A stretch of 64,000 bases of DNA. It comes from Myxococcota bacterium. GTDB lineage: Bacteria; Myxococcota_A; UBA9160; UBA6930. Below, one piece after another: positions 12,401 to 21,452 of the stretch. The notes beneath the pieces were generated by a model that saw only the letters and a program-made list of their open reading frames with translations, made no database searches and was not told the DNA's origin. Made by a program: the position numbers and the translations under genes. How positions within the stretch are numbered: the stretch's first letter is position 1; each line of letters begins with the position of its first letter. Where the stretch lies: the NCBI GenBank assembly GCA_028277885.1, contig JANQFK010000062.1, forward strand, positions 16,685 to 80,684. Direction: 5' to 3'.

Positions 12401-12614
12401 CATCGCGCTCGGCCGCGGCGCCGGCGGCGAGATGCGCGCGCCGCTCGGCATCGCGGTGGTGGGCGGCATGCTGTTCTCCACCCTGCTCACGATCTTCGTC
12501 GTTCCCGCCACCTACCTCTCCATCGAGCGCCTGCGCGAGCGGATCGGCCGCCGGGCCGAGACGGCCGAGGTCGAGACCCCCACGGAACAAGCTCCCCCGG
12601 TGACGGCCAGCTAG
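9474..12614 (+). CDS. RND efflux permease (AcrB/MexF-like)
   Basis: GTG start overlaps the MFP stop; IERPVLATV, GLVVDDAIVVLEN, KNSILIVEFA, RLRPILMT. Confidence 0.95.
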   Translation: MRLSEVCIERPVLATVMSLVIVLFGTLALTRLANRDLPDVDPPVVSVTTIFPGAAPEVVETSVTQPLEDQLIGIEAVKHVTSESREQVSLISVEFELDRDLEAAANDVRDRVARSRSELPDEVEEPIVAKRDSDASPIMWLGFSGRNYSQIELSQIVETQVQDRLAKLTGVSDVLVSGERRYSMRVWIDNDRLTARDLSIADVTDALRRENVDIPSGRLESTDREYTVRSLGELRTVEGYESLIVATVNGEAVRLRDVARVEVGPEDERKIVRFNQQPAIGLGVVKQSKANTLDVADRIKQELRSIEGDLPPGVRIEIAFNSAEFIRDSIRDVSRTIFEAIILVVLVIYLFLRSARATVIPAVAIPVSIVGAFAILYFLGFTINTLTLMGVTLAIGLVVDDAIVVLENVTRWIEKGTAPMEAARQGMREISFAVVAATISAVAVFAPLTFLRDTTGRLFREFAVTVAAALLISGFVALTLSPALAGRVMRRARAETGVKARLSAALESISRGYARWLAPALRHPGRVAGLAALWVGLGVGLYVFAIDEELMPSADRGFVMARVTAPEGSTIEYTDRYQRQAETVVAAQPEVRRIFSVVPVGIGAPGVVNEGFMFISLKPRAEREGSDRDVMKAMREGFEEIPGVEAHAIPPSPIRGFGSDVELVLQGPEVRELARYGEEIERRLAAVPGLVNARSNLFLNKPQLEVEIDRDRASDLGVSVRDIATTLQILLGGMDLSTFKLQGETYDVVAQLPRRDRSRASDLLGLYVRGRGDRLVPLASVVDARETVAPRALPHFDRRRAVTISANSPGLAQGEALSKARAIAEEVVAGAPGYRVTFSGEAERFFEASNALAFAYALAILVVYLVLAAQFESFVHPFTILVAVALSFTGALLALVVVGELQQLGGGSPQTLNLYSKIGLVMLIGLVTKNSILIVEFANQLRERGVELGEAIRESARTRLRPILMTALATMVGILPIALGRGAGGEMRAPLGIAVVGGMLFSTLLTIFVVPATYLSIERLRERIGRRAETAEVETPTEQAPPVTAS

Positions 12615-12620
12615 CGCCTC

Positions 12621-13415
12621 GTGGACTGGATCGAGGCGACACTGCTGGGCTTCGTGCAGGGGCTCACCGAGTTCCTGCCCGTGTCGAGCTCCGGCCACCT
12701 CGTGATGGCCGAGCGCCTGCTGGGCGTCCACACCGAGGGCGTGCTGTTCGAGGTGATCGTCCACGTCGGCACGCTGGTGGCCGTGCTGTGCTTCTACCGC
12801 CACCGCGTGCTGGCGCTGGTGCGCGGCACCCTCTCGGGCGGCCAGGACGCCTGGCGCTACGTGGGCAAGCTGGGCCTCACCGTGCTGCCGGGCGCCGTCG
12901 CGGCCTTCACCGCCCGCGACTTCCTCGAGAGCCTGTTCGACCGCCCCGCCGTCACGGGCTTCGCGCTCCTCGCCACCGGCGTCATCCTGTGGACGACGCG
13001 CCGCACCCTCGGCGCCGCCACCCGGGACGAGCCCCGCTGGATCGACGCCCTGGTGATCGGCTGCGCCCAGGTGCTCGCCATCGTGCCCGGCATCTCGCGC
13101 AGCGGCACCACGGTGGCGTGCGCGCTGGCCCTCGGCGTGGCCCCGCTCGCCGCCGCCGAGTTCTCCTTCCTGATGTCGCTCCCCGCCATCGCGGGCGCGG
13201 CGCTGCTCCAGATCCCCGACGCCCAGGCGGTGGGGGGCGACGGCCGGGCGACCCTCCTCGTCGGCGGCGCCATGGCGGCGGTCTCGGGCCTCGGAGCGCT
13301 CTGGCTCTTCGTCCGCGTGCTCCAGCAGCGGACCTTCCACCAGTTCGCCTGGTACACCTGGGCCGCGGGGGCGGTGTTCCTGGCGTGGCTGTGGCGGGCG
13401 GGCGCCGGCCCCTGA
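12621..13415 (+). CDS. uppP: Undecaprenyl-diphosphate phosphatase
   Basis: QGLTEFLPVSSSGH, PGISRSG, AAEFSFL. Confidence 0.95.
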   Translation: MDWIEATLLGFVQGLTEFLPVSSSGHLVMAERLLGVHTEGVLFEVIVHVGTLVAVLCFYRHRVLALVRGTLSGGQDAWRYVGKLGLTVLPGAVAAFTARDFLESLFDRPAVTGFALLATGVILWTTRRTLGAATRDEPRWIDALVIGCAQVLAIVPGISRSGTTVACALALGVAPLAAAEFSFLMSLPAIAGAALLQIPDAQAVGGDGRATLLVGGAMAAVSGLGALWLFVRVLQQRTFHQFAWYTWAAGAVFLAWLWRAGAGP

Positions 13416-13516
13416 CGCCACTTGGGGCCGCACGCTTGCGTGCCCCGTCGCCGCTGTGTTCCAATTCGCGACGATTCCCTGGGCTGACGCTCCTCGGATC
13501 GATCGGCGGACGGGCC

Positions 13517-14782
13517 ATGGCGGACATCTTCATCAGCTACAAGCGCGAGGAGCGCGCCTCGGCATCCGAACTCGCGACCGCGCTGGCCGAGGAAGGCTGG
13601 TCGGTCTGGTGGGATCTCGAGCTGGTGGGCGGCGAGCGCTTCGACGACAAGATCGAGGAGGAGCTGAACGCTGCGGGGGCCGTCGTCGTTCTGTGGTCCC
13701 TACGATCCGTCGTTTCCGACTTCGTGAAGGACGAAGCGACACGCGCCCTCAAGCTCGAGACACTCGTGCCAGCGAGGATCGAGCTCGTCGACCCGCCGCT
13801 CCGCTTCGATCGGCTCGACACGATCGATCTGATCGGATGGAACGGAGACAGGAATCACGCCGGCTACAGAAGACTTCGTGCCACTCTCGTCAAGAGGCTC
13901 GGTGAGCCTCCGGCAAAGGCGCAGGACGTCGTGTCCGGATCGGAGGCGACAGATGACGCGCTGGCCGCCCAGGAGACGGAGCCCGACGCCGAGCGTCGGG
14001 CCTCCGAGGCGGTAGTCGAAGCCGCGGAAGCCCAACGGCTGCCGCTGGAAGAGGCCGTGTCCCCACCACGAGCCGAAGCGGCTCCCCGCGAGAGACGCAC
14101 CCAGGTGCTGGTCCCCATGGGTGCGGTGGTGGTCTTGCTGCTGGTTGCCGCCCTTCTCTACTTCTTGCCTGCCGGGACCTCGCGCGATTCTCCGGAAGCC
14201 GTGCCCGAGCAGGTCGTGCTCGTTGGTCCCCTCTCGGATACCGGCGCCGAGCGCGTGGTCAGGGACTACCTGGCGAACGAGCTCGCCGTGCTGGGCGATC
14301 CGTCACTCTCGACGGCCGAGGCGCACGCACGCCTGCTGGAGCTGGCCAGTGCGTTCTTCGACTACGAGACGATGGCGCGTCTGACGGTCGCTCGAGGCTG
14401 GAGGGGCTTCGATGAAGACCAGCGCAACCGGTTCTTGGAGCAGTTCAGGCGGTCTCTCACGAGCCGGCGTGGAGACCCCGTCGAGCAATACCAAGCCGTT
14501 GCCGCGGAGGTCCGGCCGGCGAACCCGGAGCTACGGGGGGATCTGACGGTGCCTGTCGAGCTCCTCGGTGTCGGTGCTGCCGAGCCGATCGAAATCAGGT
14601 ATCGGCTCCGGGGCGACGCGGGCTCCTGGCGAGCGATCGACCGAATCGTCGCGGGAGCGAGCTTCACCACGCTGACGCGCGCGCGCTTCTCGAAGATCCT
14701 GGAACGCGGCGGGCCGGAGGCACTCATCGACCACGTGCGCGAGATCAACGAGAACCTCGCCGCAGAAGCGATCTCGCCATGA
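13517..14782 (+). CDS. TIR domain - transmembrane helix - MlaC/Ttg2D-like phospholipid-binding domain fusion protein (421 aa)
   Basis: MADIFISYKRE..WSVWWD..VVVLWS..SDFVKDEA (TIR_2); TM VVVLLLVAALLYFL; FFDYETMARLTVARGW..QRNRFLEQF..IRYRL..WRAIDRIVAGASF..RARFSKIL..GPEALI (MlaC-like). Confidence 0.8.
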   Translation: MADIFISYKREERASASELATALAEEGWSVWWDLELVGGERFDDKIEEELNAAGAVVVLWSLRSVVSDFVKDEATRALKLETLVPARIELVDPPLRFDRLDTIDLIGWNGDRNHAGYRRLRATLVKRLGEPPAKAQDVVSGSEATDDALAAQETEPDAERRASEAVVEAAEAQRLPLEEAVSPPRAEAAPRERRTQVLVPMGAVVVLLLVAALLYFLPAGTSRDSPEAVPEQVVLVGPLSDTGAERVVRDYLANELAVLGDPSLSTAEAHARLLELASAFFDYETMARLTVARGWRGFDEDQRNRFLEQFRRSLTSRRGDPVEQYQAVAAEVRPANPELRGDLTVPVELLGVGAAEPIEIRYRLRGDAGSWRAIDRIVAGASFTTLTRARFSKILERGGPEALIDHVREINENLAAEAISP

Positions 14783-14810
14783 GGCGACGGGCGCCAGCCG
14801 TTGACGAGCC

Positions 14811-16190
14811 CTACGGCTCCAGGATCGGGTGCAGCTGCTGGGCCGGCGGGGTCTCGCGGAGCTTCTTCAGCGCCCGGGCCTCGAGCTGGCGGACGCGCTC
14901 CCGGGAGAGGCCGAGGCTCTGGCCGATCTGCTCCAGGGTGTGCTCCTCCTCGCCGCCCAGGCCGTAGCGCAGGCGCAGGATGAGCTGCTCGCGGTCCGAC
15001 AGGCTCCCGATCAGGTGGCCGACGCCGACGCGGATGCGGTCGTCGTCGATGCCGCCGTCGGGGATCACCGAGGCGGGGTCCGAGACGAAGTCCTCGAGGC
15101 GCTTCTCGGTGCCCGCCACCGACGACTCCAGCGAGATGGCCTCGCGGGAGAGCCGGTCGAGGGCCTCGAGAGCCTCGCGCTCCGTGCCCAGGGCCGGGGC
15201 CAGCTCCGCGGGCGTCGGCTCGCGGCCGAGCTTGCCCGTGAGCTCCGCCTTCACGCGCTGGCTGCGCTGCAGCCGGTCGTGGACGTGGGAGGGCAGGCGG
15301 ATGGTGCGCGAGTGGTTCTGGATCGCGCGCACCAGGGCCTGGCGGATCCACCACACCGCGTAGGTGGAGAACTTGAAGCCGCGGCGGTGGTCGAACTTCT
15401 CCACCGCGCGGATCAGGCCCAGGTTGCCCTCCTGGATCAGGTCCGGGAAGGAGAGGCCCAGGTTGCGGTAGTCCTTGGCGATGGCGACCACGAGCTTCAG
15501 GTTGTGCTCGATGAAGCGGTTCTTCACCAGGGACATGCGGTCGTGGGCGTCCTCGATGCGGCCGACGGCCTCGAGGAGGTCGTCCTTGGTGAGGCCGCAG
15601 TCCTGCTCGAGCTCCTTCAGGCGGCGGGTGCCGCGGCGGGCGCGGCGCAGGTCGCGCGCGAGGGCGAGGGCGCGCTCGCGCAGCTCGGCGAGCACCGCCA
15701 GGGAGAGGTGCATGGCCTCCATGTCGCGCACGATGGCGGCGTCGACCCGGGCCAGGGCGGTGCGGGTGCCGCGCTTGCCCACCATCCCGTCGCGGCGCTT
15801 CAGGTGGCGGCGCAGCCGCTGGACCGCGCGCTCCACCCGGGTGGCGATGTCGCTGGTGTCCTCTTCGCCGACGGCCTCGGAGAGCTTGGCCCCGGTGTGG
15901 GAGAGGGCGCGCAGCCGGTCCCAGCGGTCGACGACCCGCTGGGCGGAGGTGGGCAGCGCGTAGATGGCGCCGCGCAGCTCGGCGGTGGCGGCCTCCAGCT
16001 CCTTGGCCAGGACCACCTCCTCCTCGCGCTTCAGGGTCCGGGTGCCCCCGATCTCCTGGAAGTAGGACTCCAGGGGGCGGCGCTCGCGCGCGGCGTCCAG
16101 GTCCTCGGCGGGGAGCACCGCTCCCCGGGTGGACCCGGCACGACGCGCATTGCCGCGGGTGGCTGCCTGGTAGCGTTCCTCGAACTTCAC
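14811..16190 (-). CDS. Sigma-70 family RNA polymerase sigma factor (RpoD/RpoS-like, no region 1.1)
   Basis: Region 1.2 [14 protein letters not shown]; region 2 [42 protein letters not shown]; region 4 [15 protein letters not shown]. Confidence 0.92.
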   Translation of the reverse strand: MKFEERYQAATRGNARRAGSTRGAVLPAEDLDAARERRPLESYFQEIGGTRTLKREEEVVLAKELEAATAELRGAIYALPTSAQRVVDRWDRLRALSHTGAKLSEAVGEEDTSDIATRVERAVQRLRRHLKRRDGMVGKRGTRTALARVDAAIVRDMEAMHLSLAVLAELRERALALARDLRRARRGTRRLKELEQDCGLTKDDLLEAVGRIEDAHDRMSLVKNRFIEHNLKLVVAIAKDYRNLGLSFPDLIQEGNLGLIRAVEKFDHRRGFKFSTYAVWWIRQALVRAIQNHSRTIRLPSHVHDRLQRSQRVKAELTGKLGREPTPAELAPALGTEREALEALDRLSREAISLESSVAGTEKRLEDFVSDPASVIPDGGIDDDRIRVGVGHLIGSLSDREQLILRLRYGLGGEEEHTLEQIGQSLGLSRERVRQLEARALKKLRETPPAQQLHPILEP

Positions 16191-16647
16191 CGACTACCTC
16201 GTTCCCTCGATTCGTGAGGCTCGTCCCGGCCCGTCCGGTGCTCCGGCACCCCCGTAGGGATCCCGCCGGAAGGCCTCTGGTTTCGAACCCCTGTTTGCCG
16301 GGCGCGCTCGGTCGACTCCGCTTCGTCCCGAGGCCCAGAGGGCCCCGTTGTGGCCCCGAGTCACGCCTCTTCGGCGGTCTCGCCGGCCCTGGGGGACGCG
16401 AGCTGCATGCTCGGTGCGCGCCCGGGCCGAGGCAGATTCGGGGGGTACTCCGCGGAGAAAGCATCTTCTTACGTCTGGAGAGCTTTTTCCAGCATTTTTT
16501 CGACTCGCGGATCAGCGGTCCGCTGGGAATGCCCCGAGGGGGACCATCGGACGGAAGGATCCAAGGGATTGTAGAACGTCGTTTGCCTCTGATCGTCGCA
16601 GGCCCGTCCCCGCCGGGTGGGATGGCCCACATCCCGGGCCGGGGGCC

Positions 16648-18429
16648 TCAGAGCTGGAAGGGCCAGAGCCAGGGGATGACGAGCAGGGCGACCGCGGCCG
16701 AGAGCAGGTCGAGGGGCAGGCCCGCCCGCAGGAAGTCCGTGAAGCGGTAGCCCCCGGGCCCGTAGACGATCAGGTGGGTCTGGTAGGTGACCGGGTTGGC
16801 GAACGCGCAGGCCGCCGCGATGGTGGCCGCGATGACGAAGCCCCGGGGCTCGGCGCCCACCTGGCCCGCGGCCGCCACCGCGATGGGGAACATGATCGCC
16901 ACCGCGGCCGCGTGGTGGAGCAGCTCCGAGAGGACCAGGGTCGCGACGTAGACGACGGCCAGGGTGGCGAGGGGGCCGGCCCCCCCGGCGGTTCCCACCA
17001 GCAGGCTGGCCACGCTCTCGGCGGCTCCGGTCTTCTCCATGGCCCGGGCGATGCCGAGCCCGGCGCCGATCACGATCAGGACCCGCCAGTCCACGGAGCG
17101 GTAGGCGGCCGGCCCCGTGATGCAGCGGCTGGCGATCAGCGCCCCGCCGGCCAGGAAGGCGCCGATGTAGATCGGCATCACGCCCGTGGCGGCGGCCAGC
17201 ACCATGCCGGCGAGGATCAGCATGGCGAAGGTGGCGCGATCGGCGCGCGCCGGGCCCTCGGTGGCGACCTCGCTCACCAGGTAGAAGTCCGGGCTGTCGC
17301 CGTGGGTGCGCAGGAAGTGGGGGGCGGCCTGGAGCAGCAGGGTGTCGCCGGGGCGCAGCACGATCTCGCCCACCTTGCCCCCCACGCGCTCGCCGTTGCG
17401 GTGCACCGCGATCACGGCGGCGTCGTAGACGCTGCGGAAGTTGGCGTCGCGCACGCTGCGGCTCACCAGGGGCGAGGAGCGCGACACCACCGCCTCCACC
17501 AGGTTCCGGCCCACCAGCGCGTCGTCGGCCTCCTCGTCCTCGGTGAGCGGCACCAGCCCGGGGATGCGCTGGAGGTCGACGATGGTGTCGACGACGCCGG
17601 CGAAGACGAGCCGGTCGCCCGCGGCGAGCACCTGGTCCGGCGCCACCGGCGTGATCAGGTGGCCGGCGCGGTCCACCTCCACCAGGAACAGCCCCGGCAG
17701 CTGGCGCAGCCCCGCCTCCTCGACGCTCTGCCCGATCAGCCGGCAGCCGGGCTCGATCCGCATGGCGGTGACGTACTCGCGCCGGTGAGCGCCCAGGTAC
17801 TGGGCGGGGTCCTCGCGGCGCGGCAGCCAGCGCGGCGCGACGAACACCAGGTAGAGCAGGCCCACGACCATGAGCGGCAGCCCCACGCCGGCGAGCTCGA
17901 AGAAGCCGAGGCCCTCGGGGTCCAGGCCGGACTCCCGGAGCAGGCCGTCGGTGGTGAGGTTCACGCTGGTGCCGATCAGCGTGGTGACGCTGCCCAGGAT
18001 GGTCGCGTAGGAGAGCGGGATCAGCAGGCGGCTCGGCGCCACGGCGTGGCGGCGCGCCCACTCGATCACCGTGGGCGTCATCATCGCCACGATGGGGGCG
18101 TTGTTGAGGAACGCCGAGGAGACGGCGAGGGGCGGGCACATGCGCGCCAGCGCCGAGAGCTCGCTGCGCGCACGGCCGAACACGCGGGCCACGATGGCCT
18201 CGATGGCGCCGGTGGCGCGCAGCCCCGCCGAGACCACGAACAGCGCCGCGATGGCGGCGACGGCCGGGCTCGCGAAGCCGCGGAACGTCTCCTCGGGCGT
18301 CAGGATCCCCACCGCGGCCAGGGTGAAGAGGCCCGCGCCGATCACCAGGTCGGGCGCGGCGACGCCGCGGACGAGCCCGGCGACCATCACGCCGAGCACG
18401 ACGAGGGTGAACCCGCCCTGCCAGTCCAT
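16648..18429 (-). CDS. SLC13/DASS-family permease with TrkA-C domains
   Basis: SAFLNNAPIV, LIPLSYA, TLIGTSVN, two TrkA-C repeats, PVTYQTH..YGPGGYRFTDF. Confidence 0.88.
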   Translation of the reverse strand: MDWQGGFTLVVLGVMVAGLVRGVAAPDLVIGAGLFTLAAVGILTPEETFRGFASPAVAAIAALFVVSAGLRATGAIEAIVARVFGRARSELSALARMCPPLAVSSAFLNNAPIVAMMTPTVIEWARRHAVAPSRLLIPLSYATILGSVTTLIGTSVNLTTDGLLRESGLDPEGLGFFELAGVGLPLMVVGLLYLVFVAPRWLPRREDPAQYLGAHRREYVTAMRIEPGCRLIGQSVEEAGLRQLPGLFLVEVDRAGHLITPVAPDQVLAAGDRLVFAGVVDTIVDLQRIPGLVPLTEDEEADDALVGRNLVEAVVSRSSPLVSRSVRDANFRSVYDAAVIAVHRNGERVGGKVGEIVLRPGDTLLLQAAPHFLRTHGDSPDFYLVSEVATEGPARADRATFAMLILAGMVLAAATGVMPIYIGAFLAGGALIASRCITGPAAYRSVDWRVLIVIGAGLGIARAMEKTGAAESVASLLVGTAGGAGPLATLAVVYVATLVLSELLHHAAAVAIMFPIAVAAAGQVGAEPRGFVIAATIAAACAFANPVTYQTHLIVYGPGGYRFTDFLRAGLPLDLLSAAVALLVIPWLWPFQL

Positions 18430-18479
18430 GGGCGCGGCACCATACCCGGATCCCGGAGGATCCGCGACACTCGGGCGCC

Positions 18480-19562
18480 ATGGCGAGCCCCGGCGAACCC
18501 GAAGCCCCCGCGTACAGCGAGCGGCGCTTCTACCAGCAGGAGTTCAGCGGCCGCACCCTGGGCTTCGCGCTGGCGGAGCCGGGCGCCGCGGACCCGGCGC
18601 TGCTCGCGCCCGCGCTCGACGCCCTCGCCGAGGGCGGCGCGCGGTCCCTGGTGTTCGCGGGGGAGCGGGCTCCGCTCGAGAAGGCGGGCCTCGAGAGCCT
18701 CCTCGACGCCGGCGCCGAGCGGCTCGAGGGCGAGGTCTGGCGGCGGCTGCGCGAGCGCGGCCGAGTCGGCGTCGCGGTGGGGACGCGGACGGTCTTCGCC
18801 AGCGCCTGCCGGCATCTCGCCGTGCGCCTCGGCCTCGGCAAGCTGGTCTGGATCGACGCGGGGCAGGGGCTGCGCCGCGAGAGCGGGGAGCGCGTCTCGT
18901 TCCTCGACCTCGAGGACCTGCGCCGGCTGCTCGGGCGCGAGGGCGCGCTGGCCGCCGACCCGCGCGCCGCGCTGTGGCGCCAGGTCGAGGCGCTCCTCGA
19001 GGCCGGCGTGGCCGCGGTGAACGTCTGCGACCTCGCGGGCGTGGAGGATGAGCTCTTCACCTACGCGGGCTCGGGCACGCTCTTCACCCGGGAGCGCTAC
19101 GTCTCGGTGCGTCGCCTGGGCGTCGACGACTACGACGCCGCCCACGACCTGCTGCGCCGCGGCATGGAGGAGGGCTACCTGGCGCCGCGCACCCCGGACC
19201 AGATCGACGAGGTGCTCGCCAGCGGCTTCGGCGCCTTCGTCGAGGGCCACCACCTGGCGGGCATCGGCACCCTGCTGGCGCGCCCCGGCGGCCGGATCGG
19301 CGAGATCGCCTCGCTCTACACCATCACGCGCTTCCTGGGCGAGGGCGTCGGCGGCCACCTGGTGGCCTTCGCGGTGGAGCGCGCCCGGGCCCTGGACCTC
19401 GCCTCGGTGTTCGCCTGCACGACCTCGGAGCGGGTGGGCAGCTTCTTCGAGCGCCAGGGCTTCCGCCAGGTGCCGCCCGAGCGCATCCCGGCCGAGAAGT
19501 GGCGCTCCTACGACCCCGAGCGCCGGCCCCGGGTGCGCTGCTACCTCTTCGATCGTCCCTGA
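18480..19562 (+). CDS. ArgA-like amino-acid N-acetyltransferase (shortened AAK-like domain + GNAT)
   Basis: ELFTYAGSGTL linker, EEGYLAPR, GEIASL, GEGVGGHL, FFERQGF. Confidence 0.65.
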   Translation: MASPGEPEAPAYSERRFYQQEFSGRTLGFALAEPGAADPALLAPALDALAEGGARSLVFAGERAPLEKAGLESLLDAGAERLEGEVWRRLRERGRVGVAVGTRTVFASACRHLAVRLGLGKLVWIDAGQGLRRESGERVSFLDLEDLRRLLGREGALAADPRAALWRQVEALLEAGVAAVNVCDLAGVEDELFTYAGSGTLFTRERYVSVRRLGVDDYDAAHDLLRRGMEEGYLAPRTPDQIDEVLASGFGAFVEGHHLAGIGTLLARPGGRIGEIASLYTITRFLGEGVGGHLVAFAVERARALDLASVFACTTSERVGSFFERQGFRQVPPERIPAEKWRSYDPERRPRVRCYLFDRP

Positions 19563-19585
19563 ATCCGCGAGGTCCGGATCCCGGC

Positions 19586-20707
19586 ATGCGCACCGCCCTC
19601 GCCCCCGCGCTCCTCGCCGCCGCGATCGGGCTCGCCGCCGCGGCGGCGGCGGGGGATGCCCTCGAGACCAGGATCCTGGCGGCGGTGGACCGCGTGATCG
19701 CCGAGCGCCACTACGAGGCGTCCCACGTCGACCGCGCCGACATCGTGGCCCAGGCGCGCCGGCTCTCCGAGGCCGCTCCGGGCCGGGAGCTGGCGCCGGA
19801 GTGGATCGCCGCCCAGGTGGACCGGTCCTACTGGGCGTCCCTGGGCGGCCCCGGGGCGGTCCACGATCCGCGCGCGGTGTACCGGCTGCCCTTCGACATC
19901 CGGATCCCCCGCCTGATGATCCAGGGCGTCGGCGGCGAGCGCAGCCACCGCTCCAAGGCGGACTACCACGCCTTCGACTTCGTGATGCCCATCGGCACGC
20001 TCGTGTACGCGTCCCGGCCGGGGCGGGTCGTTCGCTGCATCGACGGCTTCGAGCGCGGCGGACCGAGCGAGGCGCACAGCCCCACCGCCAACCTGGTGGC
20101 GGTCCGGCATCCCGACGGGACCCTCGGCCTCTACGTCCACCTCTCCCCGGGCCTCGCCGTGAAGGAGGGGCAGCGCGTGAAGCGCGGCGAGCTGCTCGGT
20201 CAAAGCGGCAACACCGGCTACACGAGCGGCCCCCACCTCCACTTCGTGGTGCGCAGCGTCGACGCCTCGGGCGCGATGCGCTCCATCCCGGTCGAGTTCG
20301 GAGGCGGGCGCCGCCGCTTCCTCCCGGAGCCCGGCCAGTACTACGGATCCCCGCCGCCGCCGAACCGGACGCTCCGCGTCTACGCCGACGGCCGGCGCGT
20401 CGATGCCAAGGCCGGTCTCCTCCCCACCCGCCGCGGAGCCGCCTTCCGGCTCCGCGCCGAGCTCGTGCTCCCCTCGGGCGAGGTCCGCGACGTCACGCAG
20501 CACCCCGACACCGTGTTCGCCTCCATGACCCCCTGGAGCGTCACCGTCGAGGAGAACGGCCGCGTGACCGCCGCCCCCGGCGAGGGCTTCGACCTCGACG
20601 AGCTGCCCCCCGAGCTCGCCGCCCTCGCCACCATCGCCATCCTCCACGGCCGCGCCGCCACCCCCGACCGCGGCCTCGCCCGCATCGAGCTCAAGATCAC
20701 CGACTGA
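19586..20707 (+). CDS. Secreted M23-family metallopeptidase with a C-terminal Ig-like domain
   Basis: Signal peptide; AFDFVMPIGT, YVHL, GQSGNTGYTSGPHLHF; C-terminal DVT..VTVEENGRVTA. Confidence 0.8.
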   Translation: MRTALAPALLAAAIGLAAAAAAGDALETRILAAVDRVIAERHYEASHVDRADIVAQARRLSEAAPGRELAPEWIAAQVDRSYWASLGGPGAVHDPRAVYRLPFDIRIPRLMIQGVGGERSHRSKADYHAFDFVMPIGTLVYASRPGRVVRCIDGFERGGPSEAHSPTANLVAVRHPDGTLGLYVHLSPGLAVKEGQRVKRGELLGQSGNTGYTSGPHLHFVVRSVDASGAMRSIPVEFGGGRRRFLPEPGQYYGSPPPPNRTLRVYADGRRVDAKAGLLPTRRGAAFRLRAELVLPSGEVRDVTQHPDTVFASMTPWSVTVEENGRVTAAPGEGFDLDELPPELAALATIAILHGRAATPDRGLARIELKITD

Positions 20708-20899
20708 CCCCGCCCCCGCGCCGCCCCGCATCCACGCCCCGCTTCCCCCGCGACGACGACGCGTGCAACGACGAAGCGAGCCCGCTCGGGTGAAGCGCAA
20801 GACGATGCTGAGGCCACGGGAACGTGACGCGCGCAAAGGCGATGCGGGCGCGGGCAGAGCCCGCGCCCGCGAGCCCGCCCGGAAGCCCGAACGTGCACC

Positions 20900-20960
20900 G
20901 ACGCAAGCGCCCGAGTGGGCGCGCGCAGCGCGGCCCGCCTCCGGCGGGCCCGCGCGAAGT
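20900..20960 (+). repeat. Structured REP-like motif GACGCAAGC-hairpin-GCGCGCAGC-hairpin-GCGAAGT, copy 1
   Basis: Same scaffold at 25506-25560 with different stem sequences. Confidence 0.6.
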
Positions 20961-20971
20961 CCAGCAGACCG

Positions 20972-21403
20972 GGCGGGAGGTGGACTGTAAGCCGGGTTCT
21001 GTCTCGTGCCCGGGTCACCCCGGACGCGGAGAGGATCATTCGTCTAGGCACCGCATTGCTGCGGCGCTCGAGCGCTCTCACCCGGACGTCGGCGCCGGAG
21101 CGCGCGGACGGGCCATCCGCAGCGACGTCCCTATTCGAGCTTGCTCCAGGAGGGGTTTGCCCCGCCGCCGGTCACCCGGCCGTCGCGCGTGGGCTCTTAC
21201 CCCACGATTTCACCCTTGCCTGTGCCTCCCCCGCGCGTCCTCTCGAACGCGCGGGATCGCGGGCCATCGGCGGTGTGGTTTCTGCGGCACTTTCCCTCGG
21301 GTCGCCCCGGGTCGCCGTTAGCGACCTCCCTGCCCTGTGGAGCCCGGACTTTCCTCCCACGGGCGGTGGTTGCCCGTCGGCGATCCTCCGTCCACCTCCC
21401 GCC
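20972..21403 (-). ncRNA. rnpB: RNase P RNA, class A
   Basis: Minus strand carries GAGGAAAGTCCGGGCTCC, GGAAAGTGCCGCAGAAA, GGGTGAAA..GGTAAGAGCCCAC and CAGAACCCGGCTTACAG; the ends (GGCGGGAGGTGGAC / GTCCACCTCCCGCC) pair as P1. Confidence 0.97.
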
Positions 21404-21452
21404 ACCTCGGGAAGGCTAAGGACGGCGCCGGGGTGCGCAAGTGGCGGCGCGC

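Noticed and set aside
9183..13433. Very long antisense or alternate-frame ORFs (also 37845..41537, 53457..56927, 43611..46802 upstream parts)
   Set aside because: Stop-codon scarcity in very high-GC DNA; low-complexity translations overlapping well-supported genes
9890..14782. 1630-aa ORF apparently giving a giant TIR protein
   Set aside because: The first ~1200 aa are an Arg/Pro/Gly-rich shadow frame over the RND and uppP genes; the real protein starts at ATG 13517
13444..14791. 9-bp inverted repeat (CCCGTCGCC / GGCGACGGG) flanking the TIR gene as mobile-element ends
   Set aside because: Too short and GC-rich to exceed chance; no target duplication or transposase
16278..16295. GGTTCGAA T-loop-like word suggesting a tRNA
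   Set aside because: The T-stem does not pair and there is no cloverleaf or acceptor stem
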